Assembly: GCA_977020255.1 (NCBI GenBank)
Contig: CDROCS010000506.1
Location: 1-64,000 of the forward strand
Origin: Obrimoposthia wandeli
Taxonomy: Eukaryota
Direction of reading: 5' to 3'
DNA: 64,000 nucleotides
In this document: positions 42,193-52,294 of the stretch, piece after piece
How the letters are laid out: each line of letters opens with the position of its first letter
How positions within the stretch are numbered: the stretch's first letter is position 1
Position numbers and translations under genes: made by a program
The notes under the pieces: generated by a model
What the model was told of the DNA's origin: nothing
Database searches by the model: none
What the model saw: only the letters and a program-made list of their open reading frames with translations

Positions 42193-43368
42193 TTAACTAT
42201 CCAACGCCAGATCGGCCATTAACACGGCGAGGAATCTTGCAGCCTCACCACCCGTAATCGATCTATGGTCAAATGTTAACGATAGCGGTAATAAAGTATG
42301 TTCAACGATATCACCGCTATTATCACCGGATTTGTTACCGCCCGATTTAGCATAGCCCAATTGTTGAAATAAGCGCCCTGTTCCGAGTATTGCGACAGTC
42401 GGCGGCATCACAATCGGGTTGGCGTATTTACCGACCATACTGCCAAAATTAGATAAGGTGATGGTATTACCGCGTAAATCATCTGCGGCTATTTTTCGTT
42501 GTGATACCAGCTCTTTCAGGGTATTAATTTTATCGCGCATAGCCTCTGCAGTGTAACGTTGGGCATCGCGGATAACCGGAACGAATAAGCCATCTTGCGT
42601 ATCGACTGCTAAGCCTAAATGCATGGGTTTAATAATACGGCGACCAATGGCATGACTGTCATACCAAGCGTTTAACGTCGGTTCAGTTTCACAAGCCAGT
42701 GCCATCGCCCGGATAATTCGTACCGTAATATCACCTTGTGCAAACCAAGTCGTAATATCAGCATCATCATGCAGCGTAACAGGCACGACTTCAGCATGTG
42801 CTTGTGTCATGGCTTTTGCCATACTGCGGCGCACGCCTTTCAGTGGCACTAACTCTCCGACGTCAGCAAATATTTTAACCACTCGTTCTACATCAGAAGC
42901 AGTCACAGTACTGTGAGGACCGGAAGGGGTCACAATCGCTAAGTCGATATTATATCGATGGGCTAATGCGCGGACAGCTGGTGTTGCCTTCACCCCAATA
43001 CTATTGCCCGATACCGATTGCGCAGTTTCTTTTAATTTACCTTCAGTTGTATGCAACTCTCCGACGACAGATGTTGATGCTTTTACGGGTGCTGATTCGG
43101 GTTTTTCTTCAACCTTACTCGCGAATACAGCGCCCTCTTCCAAGAACTCAACCAGTGGGTCGCCAGTATGAATAATATCACCGCTTTCGCCATACAATTT
43201 CACCACTGTCGCGTTTTCAGGACACGGGATCTCGACAATGGCTTTTGCCGTTTCCATCGACACCATTAACTGATCGGCAGTCACGACATCACCAGGTTTA
43301 ATAAACCATTCAACAATTTCGGCTTCGGGTAAGCCTTCCCCTAAATCAGGTAATTTGAAAATATGCAT
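42193..43368 (-). CDS. 2-oxo-acid dehydrogenase E2 (dihydrolipoamide acyltransferase)
   Basis: FKLPDLGEGLPEAE, lipoyl site METAKA, E3-binding ATPAVRALA, catalytic FDHR. Confidence 0.92.
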   Translation of the reverse strand: MHIFKLPDLGEGLPEAEIVEWFIKPGDVVTADQLMVSMETAKAIVEIPCPENATVVKLYGESGDIIHTGDPLVEFLEEGAVFASKVEEKPESAPVKASTSVVGELHTTEGKLKETAQSVSGNSIGVKATPAVRALAHRYNIDLAIVTPSGPHSTVTASDVERVVKIFADVGELVPLKGVRRSMAKAMTQAHAEVVPVTLHDDADITTWFAQGDITVRIIRAMALACETEPTLNAWYDSHAIGRRIIKPMHLGLAVDTQDGLFVPVIRDAQRYTAEAMRDKINTLKELVSQRKIAADDLRGNTITLSNFGSMVGKYANPIVMPPTVAILGTGRLFQQLGYAKSGGNKSGDNSGDIVEHTLLPLSLTFDHRSITGGEAARFLAVLMADLALDS

Positions 43369-44345
43369 CAGAACTCCATGACGTTGTTAACGGCGGTAAT
43401 AATTTGTTCGACGCTTGGCATATAATATTTTTCCATTTTAGCCAAAGGCATAATAGTGTCATAACCCGTCACGCGCATGACGGGTGCCAATAATGTCATT
43501 AGCCCTTCTTCAGCAATAATGGCGGCAATCTCTGAGGCTACGCCACCACTGCGCGCGGCTTCTGAGATAATCACACAACGACCGGTTTTCGCTATCGAGC
43601 TTAAAATGGTGGTTTTATCAATCGGTTTAATTGATGCTAGATCGATAACTTCTGCCGATATATTCCGTTCTGCCAGTTGGTCCGCTGCTTGTAAGGTTTC
43701 ATACAACATAGCCCCCCAACTAATCAGGGTCACGTCAGACCCTTCTCGCAGGGTAAAGCACACATCTAACGGTAAAGCTTGGCCATTGTTGTCGACTGAT
43801 TCGGTTTGTAAGCGATAAATACGTTTCGGTTCAAGGAAAACGACAGGATCAGGATCGCGAATTGCGGCAAGTAATAAACCATAAGCACGGCCAGGTGAAG
43901 ACGGGATCACCACACGAATACCAGGAATGTGGGCAAAAATCGCCTCGGTACTTTCACTGTGGTGTTCAGGCGCATGAATACCACCACCATAGGGCGCACG
44001 CAATACCATGGGACAGGTTAAACGACCACGGGTACGATTACGCATTCGTCCTGCATGACATAAAAACTGATCGAATGCGGCATAGATAAAACCCATAAAT
44101 TGAATTTCGACCACTGGTTTCATGCCTTGCGCCGCTAAGCCAATTGCCATCCCGCTAATCAGCGATTCAGCTAACGGGGTATCAATGACGCGCTCCCGAC
44201 CATACTCAGCTTGCAAGCCTTCTGTGGCGCGGAAAACACCACCGTTAGCGCCAACATCCTCACCCAATACGATAATATCTTGATCTTCAGCCATTGCATC
44301 AAACAAGGCGTTATTGACTGCATCAATCAGTGTCATGTCCTTCAT
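43368..44345 (-). CDS. 2-oxo-acid dehydrogenase E1 beta subunit
   Basis: LGEDVGANGGVFRAT, DTPLAES, EIQFMGF, HAPEHHSES, DPVVFLEPK. Confidence 0.93.
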   Translation of the reverse strand: MKDMTLIDAVNNALFDAMAEDQDIIVLGEDVGANGGVFRATEGLQAEYGRERVIDTPLAESLISGMAIGLAAQGMKPVVEIQFMGFIYAAFDQFLCHAGRMRNRTRGRLTCPMVLRAPYGGGIHAPEHHSESTEAIFAHIPGIRVVIPSSPGRAYGLLLAAIRDPDPVVFLEPKRIYRLQTESVDNNGQALPLDVCFTLREGSDVTLISWGAMLYETLQAADQLAERNISAEVIDLASIKPIDKTTILSSIAKTGRCVIISEAARSGGVASEIAAIIAEEGLMTLLAPVMRVTGYDTIMPLAKMEKYYMPSVEQIITAVNNVMEF

Positions 44346-45451
44346 TTTTCACCCTCCTGTAAGATCTTTTTTTGTACCTGCTCTAACTGGTCTAGATAAT
44401 GATCGGGCAAGGTTTCATACAGATATTCAAACATGGTCGTTGGCGATGCGGGTGGAATAGCAAGATAACGTGCTACCGCTGCATCAATTTCATCACTACA
44501 CTGTTTTTCTAGTTGCTCGACGCCCGCTTTATCAATAATCAATTCATGTAGCAGTAAATTTCGCAGTCGCGTCATGGGTTCTTTTTGCCAAGCTTCCCCT
44601 ACGTTGTCATCGTCACGATAACGAGAAGCATCGTCGGCAGTGGTATGATCGGATAAACGATAAGAGATAGTTTCGATGAGATGCGGGCCTTGTCCCTGCC
44701 TTGCTCTGTCGATAGCCGCTTTAATTTTGATATAACAAGCGATAACATCGTTGCCATCTACTTGTTCACAACTAATGCCACCAGCAATGGCTTTTTGCGC
44801 TAATGTTTCACAACTCGATTGTTCATCGCGTGGCAAAGAAATAGCCCATTGGTTATTATTGATAATGAATACCAGTGGTAACTGCCAGACCCCAGCCGCA
44901 TTGACTGATTCATAAAAATCACCTTTAGATGTCGCGCCATCGCCGCAAACAACAACCGCAACACGCGGCTCTTTACGTATCTTCATGGCATAGCTAATGC
45001 CGACTGCATGACAACACTGGCTGGCAATTGGGATCGTACAAGGCATATCTTCTCGCGGCCCTTGAAAGTCCATGCCGCGTTCGTCGCCACCCCAATACAT
45101 TAAGATCTCTTCCGGTTTCACCCCACGAATAAGTACTGCTGCCGTTTCTCGGTAAGCTTGAATAAATACATCTTCTTCGCGCATCGCTTTACCAATCGCG
45201 GCGCCAACCGCTTCTTGACCAAGACAAGAAGCATAAGTACCAAGACGACCAGTACGCTGTAGCGCAATCGCTTTACAATCAAACGTCCGGGTAAATAACA
45301 TCCATCGATAAAACTCAACCAATAATTCGCTACTCACCCCCGCAACAGAGAGGTTCTTTAAGGATTCAAATAATCGCCCTTCCTCATTAAGATATTGGGT
45401 GTAACCAACGCGAAATATGTTTTCGGTTTTTTCAGTGTTGTGATTCATCAT
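44342..45451 (-). CDS. 2-oxo-acid dehydrogenase E1 alpha subunit (branched-chain/Gram-positive PDH type)
   Basis: LQRTGRLGTY, TPP motif GDGATSKGDFYE...NNQWAIS, YRLSDHTTADD. Confidence 0.93.
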   Translation of the reverse strand: MMNHNTEKTENIFRVGYTQYLNEEGRLFESLKNLSVAGVSSELLVEFYRWMLFTRTFDCKAIALQRTGRLGTYASCLGQEAVGAAIGKAMREEDVFIQAYRETAAVLIRGVKPEEILMYWGGDERGMDFQGPREDMPCTIPIASQCCHAVGISYAMKIRKEPRVAVVVCGDGATSKGDFYESVNAAGVWQLPLVFIINNNQWAISLPRDEQSSCETLAQKAIAGGISCEQVDGNDVIACYIKIKAAIDRARQGQGPHLIETISYRLSDHTTADDASRYRDDDNVGEAWQKEPMTRLRNLLLHELIIDKAGVEQLEKQCSDEIDAAVARYLAIPPASPTTMFEYLYETLPDHYLDQLEQVQKKILQEGEK

Positions 45452-46520
45452 TCGCTCCAGCTAGTATCTTTTCAGCCAAACCATTAGCGATATTCACTGT
45501 CGAGCTGTTTTGCTGCTCGGCTTGGGTAAATATAGCCAGTAAAGTGTCATACAAAGCGGCCAGTTTGTGCTGTACTACATCCGGTTTGTTAAGATAGGAG
45601 ATCTGTAATACACCTCCTGAATTTATTACGTAATCAGGTGCATACAAAATACCTCTAGCTGCCAACGCATCGGTCATATCGGGTGTTTGTAATTGGTTGT
45701 TAGCAGAACCAGCAATAATTGACGTATTGAATTGATCGATAGAATGGGCATTAATCACTTGCCCTAAAGCACACGGTGAAAAGACATCACAATTGATGCC
45801 ATAAATGTCATCACCCGCAACAACTTCCGCGCCAAATTCGTTAATAAGTCGTTGTGTGGCCAATGGATTTGGGTCGGCAACGGTTAACTTAGCACCGTCG
45901 TTGTGCAGTAGCTTCGCTAACGCATAACCCACATTACCCACCCCTTGAATCGCTATATGCAAACCGGAAAGTGACTCCTGTTGCAGCTTAAATTTCACCG
46001 CCGCTTTAATGCCGTAATAAACGCCTTTCGCGGTATGTGGTGAAGGATCTCCCGAAGCGAGTCCCGCGGTGGTGGTACACATCACATGGTTAGTTTGACT
46101 GGCAATTACATCCATATCTGCAATGCTGGTACCACTGTCCATCGCGGTAATATAGCGACCATTTAGGCTTTCAACAAAGCGTCCAAACGAGGCAAACAGC
46201 GCCCTGCGATCCGTTACATGTTTAGGTTTTAAGATAACGGCTTTACCACCACCAAAAGGTAGTCGATTAATGGCTGTTTTGTAGCTCATGCCAGCGGCTA
46301 AACAGCAGGCATCTTTAACAGCAGCCTGAGTCGAGGGGTAATCAATCATTCGACAGCCACCAATAGCAGGGCCTAACTTGGTACTGTGAATAGCGATAAT
46401 GGCTTGTAATTGTGTTTCTGGATCACGCCAGAAGTGCACATCGCTGAATGGATATTGTTCAGCCATGTCAAATAGATCGGTCGATGCTCCCGACTCTCTC
46501 GATTCAATGTAGCTTGCCAT
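45432..46520 (-). CDS. Leu/Val/Phe dehydrogenase (ELFV family)
   Basis: LGPAIGGCRM, GGGKAVI, GDPSPHTAKGV, QGVGNVG, AGSANNQL, YAPDYVINSGG. Start moved to ATG 46520, which has a GGAG RBS. Confidence 0.9.
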   Translation of the reverse strand: MASYIESRESGASTDLFDMAEQYPFSDVHFWRDPETQLQAIIAIHSTKLGPAIGGCRMIDYPSTQAAVKDACCLAAGMSYKTAINRLPFGGGKAVILKPKHVTDRRALFASFGRFVESLNGRYITAMDSGTSIADMDVIASQTNHVMCTTTAGLASGDPSPHTAKGVYYGIKAAVKFKLQQESLSGLHIAIQGVGNVGYALAKLLHNDGAKLTVADPNPLATQRLINEFGAEVVAGDDIYGINCDVFSPCALGQVINAHSIDQFNTSIIAGSANNQLQTPDMTDALAARGILYAPDYVINSGGVLQISYLNKPDVVQHKLAALYDTLLAIFTQAEQQNSSTVNIANGLAEKILAGANDESQH

Positions 46521-47069
46521 AAACGGTTCTCCAACCTTAGGTTGTGAATACCTTACAGACGCGCAGTTCATTACACTTTAAGTCGTTGGGTATGCAGGAG
46601 GTTACTCTATGAATAACTATAGACACGATACGCAACAGTGCCCATTCGCAAACCCGTTATAGTGACTAACAACGCTGTCAATGGTGGGAGTCTAGAACAT
46701 GAGATCAGTGCATCCCAAGCAGCTAGCGTGAAAAGTAGCTATTAATATTGAACACCCAAAATGTCGTTGTGTATTTCAAATTTAGACAGCGGAAGGTTTA
46801 TCTATTTTTGTAACTCACTTATGCCCCAAAGTGAGAGCAGTAGATTTCCTCTTAGGTTATGCTCATAACAACTGCTATTATCGCCATACATTTATGATCA
46901 AAAGAAACTTAAGTAATTAGTACAATGCATCTACAATGAGGCTGAATTAGACGATAAGGATAACTTATATTAGTGTGAATTTGTCTCTATTTGTCAAAAA
47001 CATAAATTGTTTGTGGGTAATTCAACAGCACTCATATATATAGTTTTGATAGATGATGATGATGAGACT

Positions 47070-47640
47070 AAATGTACCTTGGGACGTCGTATCCCCAGAA
47101 TTCTTATTATTGGGTTATCGTTTTAGCTGGTTCTTGTCTGTTTGGGCATCAACGTTAATTAGGTAGGTGTTTCTTTGGGGGTTTTTATAGCATTTTATCT
47201 CCACTTATTGTATAATGCTTCTGATCTATGTCAACAAAACTGTGATATTCAGAAAAAGCTATGAAGGTGACTGAGATACATCAATCGATAGTCAGGCTGA
47301 TAATTGAATGGGAAGTGGTTAAGAAATATATCCCAATGAAGGAGTTGCTTTGAGAAGGTATATTTATGCATGGAATAGACCAGATAGCTTCCTGCAGAAC
47401 ACAGCGAAACCAAATTATTTTTTGTTGTTATAGGGAAGTGAAGGGAGAGCAACTGAAAAGTTCATTAGGTTATGCCATGGAGAGTTTATGCAAACTATTT
47501 GAGATGTTTACAGCTTGAAGCTGAGCTCTGGAAGCTCGCTTTCTAGAAGCATAGACAACTTATGAAGCTGTTTCAAGATAGCAAAATCCCAATATTGAAA
47601 GCAAAACATAATACGAAATTAGCTAAGTCACGCTAGATTA
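47070..47640 (+). pseudogene. Probable decayed gene remnants of unknown family
   Basis: Plus-strand frames are nearly open but interrupted by isolated stops, e.g. RRIPRILIIGLSF*LVLVCLGINVN*VGVSLGVFIAF and KAMKVTEIHQSIVRLIIEWEVVKKYIPMKELL*EGIFMHG. Confidence 0.3.
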
Positions 47641-47957
47641 GAAAAATTGAAAGGTATTAATTCGGTTGGTTTTAATAAAAAATAAAAATTTTTCTTGAAA
47701 AATGTGAGATTGTGTTATTTGCTGCAGAGCCATTAAGAACTATTATCATTTATTTTGAGAGCTCGAACTGTTAAATATCTATAGTATAAGCGTTACATAC
47801 ACTATTCCAATACACTCGCATATTTATTCGCGGTTTGAGCGTGTATGAATTGGCAATATAGTAAGCAAAATCTAGAATCAGGTACTTTCTGCAGAGGTAA
47901 GAACCATATCCTTTGAAGCTAAAGCACTAAGCCATTTATGTCCATCAATGGCTTAGG

Positions 47958-47991
47958 GTGATCGCTCTAAGTCTGTGATCGCTCTAAGTCT
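47958..47991. repeat. Perfect 17-bp tandem duplication GTGATCGCTCTAAGTCT x2
   Basis: Two exact adjacent copies, next to an inverted repeat (CACTAAGCCATT...AATGGCTTAGGGTG). Confidence 0.9.
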
Positions 47992-48097
47992 ATTTTCCCC
48001 TTTTGAAGTTAGAATAAAAACTCCCTCGCGATCTGTTGAATTGATTATCCCATACATTTTCTTGTGTCTGCCAGCCCACTATTTGGGATAAGTCACT

Positions 48098-48133
48098 AAT
48101 GAATTATGGCACGGTTGCGTATCATAATTCATT
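48098..48133. promoter_or_regulatory. Candidate TetR-family operator
   Basis: Perfect 11-bp inverted repeat AATGAATTATG...CATAATTCATT about 46 nt upstream of the tetR-family gene. Confidence 0.55.
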
Positions 48134-48179
48134 GGTGTACATTTATGGTACGTTCTAATGATAAAAGGTCATGATGTAG

Positions 48180-48827
48180 ATGCCCGAAATCCATAAAAAA
48201 ACAGCAGGTCGCCCTGTAGATCACCAGAAAACACAAAGGGTGTTTGACGCAATAGACGATATTTTGGCGAACGAAGGTATTTCTGGACTATCTATAGAAA
48301 GAATTGCAAAAAATGCTGGGATATCTAAGGCAACTTTATACCGTCGTTTTGGCGATCTCAAAGGTGTATTGGGCGCATACGTCGAAACATTTACCCAAAA
48401 TGCACTTGATCAGGCTCTGCATAGTAAAAGTGTAAACTTAAAAAGTCCTTTTGAGCTCGAACCAGTGCTGATAAACATAGGGATAGCGCTCATGACATTA
48501 ATTAGTCAGCCTAGAGTCGTAGCCTTCGATAATGCGATACTCGCGGCAGGCCCGCGATTTATAGAATTTAAAGAAGAATTGTATCGAAATGGCCCACAGA
48601 AAGCGGTTTCTCAAATTAGCGAGTTACTTGAACAGGCAGGCATTAGCTCTCCCTTGTTCGATATAACGAGTTTAGGAGATATTCTATTTCATATCTGGCG
48701 CAGTGGCTTTTATGATCGGGTCAGAATTACAGGACAGATAGAGATGGATAGTAAGCAACTAGAGAGTCATATCGCTTCCGGTACTCGATTTTTCTTATCC
48801 AACATTCTTGCAGAGGAATACAAATGA
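48180..48827 (+). CDS. TetR/AcrR family transcriptional regulator
   Basis: N-terminal HTH GLSIERIAKNAGISKATLYRRF. Confidence 0.9.
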   Translation: MPEIHKKTAGRPVDHQKTQRVFDAIDDILANEGISGLSIERIAKNAGISKATLYRRFGDLKGVLGAYVETFTQNALDQALHSKSVNLKSPFELEPVLINIGIALMTLISQPRVVAFDNAILAAGPRFIEFKEELYRNGPQKAVSQISELLEQAGISSPLFDITSLGDILFHIWRSGFYDRVRITGQIEMDSKQLESHIASGTRFFLSNILAEEYK

Positions 48828-49699
48828 AGACAACAAATCTTCGGATCTTAGTCGCTGGAGCCACGGGCTACCTAGGGAGCCATCTGGTTAATGAGCTGCT
48901 CAAAAGGGACTCTGATTTTAAAGCATTGGGCAGAAATAAAAGCAAACTGATAGGCATGGGGTTGCTTAGTGAGCAAATTGAATTAGCCGAAGTAACCGAT
49001 GCACCTACTTTACTTGGCTGCTGTGAAGGCATTGACGTGGTCATTTCCTGCGTGGGAATCACTCGTCAAAAGGATGGACTAGGTTATATAGATGTTGATT
49101 TTCAGGCCAACCTAAACTTATTACATGAAGCTGAAAGAGCAGGTGTTAAAAAATTTATCTACATTTCTGCGTTTAATGCCTCAAAGTATCAGAACGTGAG
49201 ACTTCTTCAAGCAAAAGAGCGCTTTGCTGTAAAACTACTCGCATCGAAGAAATTAAAACCCTGTGTCGTGAGACCAAATGGTTTTTATTCCGATATTGAA
49301 GAGTTTTATTCAATGGCAAAATCTGGTCGAGTTTATCTTTTTGGTAAAGGCGATGTGAGACTAAATCCAATCCATGGAGAAGATCTGGCTCGATTCTGTC
49401 TAGATGTGATAAAAAGAGAGGAACGTGAGTTTGATGTGGGAGGTTCTGAAATTTTATCTGTTAACGAGATAGCAAAACTCGCCTTTGGCGCACAAGATAA
49501 AACGGTGCGGATTACATACTTACCTGACTGGATGAGAAAAATATCTTTGCTCTTTGCCTCTATGTTACCTGAGAAGTTAGGTGGCCCAGCTGAATTTTTT
49601 CTTACTGCTATGGCACAGGATATGATTGCTCCAACCTATGGAAACAGAAGCTTAGGTGGCTACTTCCAAGAAATTTTTCAGGTAGAGAATATAAAATAA
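48824..49699 (+). CDS. Atypical SDR / NAD(P)H-binding (NmrA/epimerase-like) oxidoreductase
   Basis: VAGATGYLG, VVISCVG, VDFQAN, VRPNGF. ATGA overlap with the tetR gene. Confidence 0.85.
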   Translation: MKTTNLRILVAGATGYLGSHLVNELLKRDSDFKALGRNKSKLIGMGLLSEQIELAEVTDAPTLLGCCEGIDVVISCVGITRQKDGLGYIDVDFQANLNLLHEAERAGVKKFIYISAFNASKYQNVRLLQAKERFAVKLLASKKLKPCVVRPNGFYSDIEEFYSMAKSGRVYLFGKGDVRLNPIHGEDLARFCLDVIKREEREFDVGGSEILSVNEIAKLAFGAQDKTVRITYLPDWMRKISLLFASMLPEKLGGPAEFFLTAMAQDMIAPTYGNRSLGGYFQEIFQVENIK

Positions 49700-49902
49700 G
49701 CCAAGCGAGGCTATTTCTCATAGTGAACTTCAAATCCCTCGTATACTGTAACAACCTCTGGTGATTTGCAATACCATAGGTTGTCCGAAGATTAAAAGTG
49801 GAGCTGATGTTCTATCCACTTATGTACAGCAACGTGTTACGTTCTTCACACATTTAAAGTTTCAACTCTAAGCCGTGTCCATCCATCATTCCCAATATAA
49901 TA

Positions 49903-50779
49903 CTAACCGCGTCGTTTATAACTATCGACAGCGATCAATACCAAGGCAAGCATAATCGCCCCATAGATTGGCCATTGGATTAGCTCAACACGCTCACCAA
50001 GTAATAAACCCACACAAAAAACCAATGTCGGCTCTAAATAAGTCAATAAGCCAAACAAGCTAAGCGGCAGCATTTGTGAGGCGTATAAAAATAATAACAT
50101 GGGTAGTGTGCCAGTGAGTCCGAGTCCTAGGTAATAAGCCCAAGACGATATTTCGATTTGTTGCCAATCACTAAAGGGTTGTAAATAGAGCATGGCAAGC
50201 AGTGCGAGCGGTAGTAAAAAAAGGTTGTCTAAGGTGAATACCAGATCACTCGCCATTGGATAACGTCGGCGATTCATAAAGTACAGCGGATACCCTAAAG
50301 CAACCAAAAATACAATCCAAGAGATGCCATCGGCAATGACATAGGCATACACAACACCACAAGCAGCAATGATGCATGCGATTAACTGTACACGCGTTAA
50401 TGTCTCACCATAGACAAAATAACCAACCGCAACCAGCGTCAGCGGTAGCGCAAAATAGCCTAATGCCACAGAAAGTATTTCACCCTGTAGCGGCGCCCAG
50501 ATAAATAGCCAAAACTGCGGTGCAATTAAACAGGCAGAGAGTAAAAATCGAGGCCACAATCGCCATTTTTTTAATTGTTCCCACAACATTGAGATCCGGC
50601 CAACGAGGGTTATCACTGGAGTAGCATAATAAGTGCAACTGGTTAGAGAATGAGAATAAGAGCTGAGATAATAACACGGCCCACAACTGCAGTTTTATAT
50701 ATTGAGTATAAAGATTTAAATACGTCAGATAAGCTGAATATTAACGAATAGATTAAATTATAAACTAACAAAGGGTCAT
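49903..50779 (-). pseudogene. rarD: RarD-type EamA/DMT transporter with a disrupted 5' part (start position uncertain)
   Basis: QFWLFIWAP, LGYFALP, GYPLYF, LFGLLTYLEP. The N-terminal helix fragments (GRVIISALIL) are scattered over other frames at 50616-50780. Confidence 0.65.
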
Positions 50780-50869
50780 AAAATAAAATATATGCCCTCC
50801 GGGCTTTTAATATTACGGTAAAACTGGTCTACTTGTCATCAATCTAATTGAAATCTAATTTTAACTAGG

Positions 50870-50887
50870 TGTATAGATATCTTTACA
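50870..50887. promoter_or_regulatory. TyrR box upstream of the NSS transporter
   Basis: TGTATA-GATATC-TTTACA matches at 11/12. Confidence 0.6.
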
Positions 50888-50959
50888 TGCAGTTGTAACG
50901 CTTCCATATACTGAAAAAAATAGTTCACTAACTCGGCAAGAAATACGTTGGAATAAATA

Positions 50960-52294
50960 ATGGCAACAGGTTCAAGAGCACAATTTTCGTCTCGTTTTGG
51001 CTTCATCATGGCCGCCGCAGGTTCTGCTGTAGGCGTCGGTAATATATGGGGTTTTCCAACGCAAGCAGCCAGTAATGGTGGCGCTGTATTTTTACTTGTT
51101 TATTTGTTAATGGTATTTGTTCTCGCGTATCCATTATTAGTAGCCGAGTTAACGATTGGCCGTCATGGTCAAGCAAACCCAATCAAATCAATCAAATCAA
51201 TCTGGCCTAAACAAAAAATGGCCGCAACAGGCCTCGGTATTGCAGGCATGATTGCGGTATCAATGATCTTAAGCTTCTACGCGATTGTAGCAGGTTGGTT
51301 GTTAGGTTCATTACTGTCACCCTTCTTTACGCTTGTTGGACTAGATGCGGCAGCTGAATGGGTGAATGCATTCACTACCGAACGTAACTTAGTCATGATG
51401 ATTATCTTTATGGTTATGACGGTTCGCGTGGTAAGAAGTGGTGTGACTGACGGTATCGAGCGCTGGTCTTCACGTTTAATGCCTATCCTGTTCATCTTAT
51501 TTGGTTTGATGACAGCGTATATCTTAACGTTAGACGGCGCGTCTGAAGGGCTTGAAATGTACCTTATCCCCGACTTTTCACACCTAAGTTCAGACTTAGT
51601 GATCAGTGCGATGGGACAAGCGTTCTTCTCATTATCATTGGGCGTGTGTGCCATGATGGTATACGGTTCATACTTAAGCAAAGAGACTAACATTCCACAA
51701 ACAGCGGCATACGTTGCCTTGCTTGATACTGGTGTTGCATTTGGTGCTGGTCTACTGATTTTACCAGCCATGTTTGTGGCACAGAAAAACGGTGTGGAAA
51801 TTTACGACGCAGCCGGTGCACTACTCAGTTCAGATACATTAGTGTTCACGGTACTGCCAGCAATGTTCGATAGCATGGGTGCTATGGGTATTGTTATCAG
51901 CATCCTATTCTTCTTGTTAATGCTTATTGCTGCCCTAACATCATCAATTGCCATGTTAGAAGTACCGGTATCATGTGCAACCGAAGAATTGAATAAAGAC
52001 CGTAGTACCGTAGTTTGGTGGATTGGCGGTATTATCACGCTCGTTTCAACAATTATTATCTTCAACTTCGCGGATCTATTCGGCTTAGTGATCACAGCAA
52101 CAACAGTGTATGCACAGCCGATTCTTTCGCTACTGTTTGCATTACTTGTGGGTTGGGTATGGCGTCGTGATCAACTGCTTACCGAGATCAAACAAGGTAA
52201 CCCTGAACTAGAAGATGGTTTATTCTGGAAAATATGGCCTTGGTATGTACGTGTTGTATGCCCGGTGCTGATCATCCTAGTACTTGCATCTTAG
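50960..52294 (+). CDS. Sodium-dependent transporter (NSS/SNF, LeuT-like)
   Basis: AAAGSAVGVGNIWGFP, QAFFSLSLG, AALTSSIAMLE. Confidence 0.93.
   Translation: MATGSRAQFSSRFGFIMAAAGSAVGVGNIWGFPTQAASNGGAVFLLVYLLMVFVLAYPLLVAELTIGRHGQANPIKSIKSIWPKQKMAATGLGIAGMIAVSMILSFYAIVAGWLLGSLLSPFFTLVGLDAAAEWVNAFTTERNLVMMIIFMVMTVRVVRSGVTDGIERWSSRLMPILFILFGLMTAYILTLDGASEGLEMYLIPDFSHLSSDLVISAMGQAFFSLSLGVCAMMVYGSYLSKETNIPQTAAYVALLDTGVAFGAGLLILPAMFVAQKNGVEIYDAAGALLSSDTLVFTVLPAMFDSMGAMGIVISILFFLLMLIAALTSSIAMLEVPVSCATEELNKDRSTVVWWIGGIITLVSTIIIFNFADLFGLVITATTVYAQPILSLLFALLVGWVWRRDQLLTEIKQGNPELEDGLFWKIWPWYVRVVCPVLIILVLAS

Noticed and set aside
42193-42300. E2 catalytic motif reads DHRSITGG and not DHRxxDG, and no E3 gene is in the operon
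   Set aside because: The catalytic His is retained, this variant occurs in related E2 proteins as I recall, and E3 is commonly shared from another locus.
46664-46790. attC-like start (GACTAACAACGCTGTCAA) suggesting an integron cassette
   Set aside because: No matching GTTRRRY end, no complementary L boxes, and no cassette ORF ending there.
47892-47902. CAGAGGTAAGA, identical to part of the Spot 42 5' region
   Set aside because: The rest of Spot 42, including its terminator, is absent and polA is not adjacent.
48107-48118. TGGCAC...TTGC resembling a sigma-54 promoter
   Set aside because: The GG-to-GC spacing is three bases too short for -24/-12.
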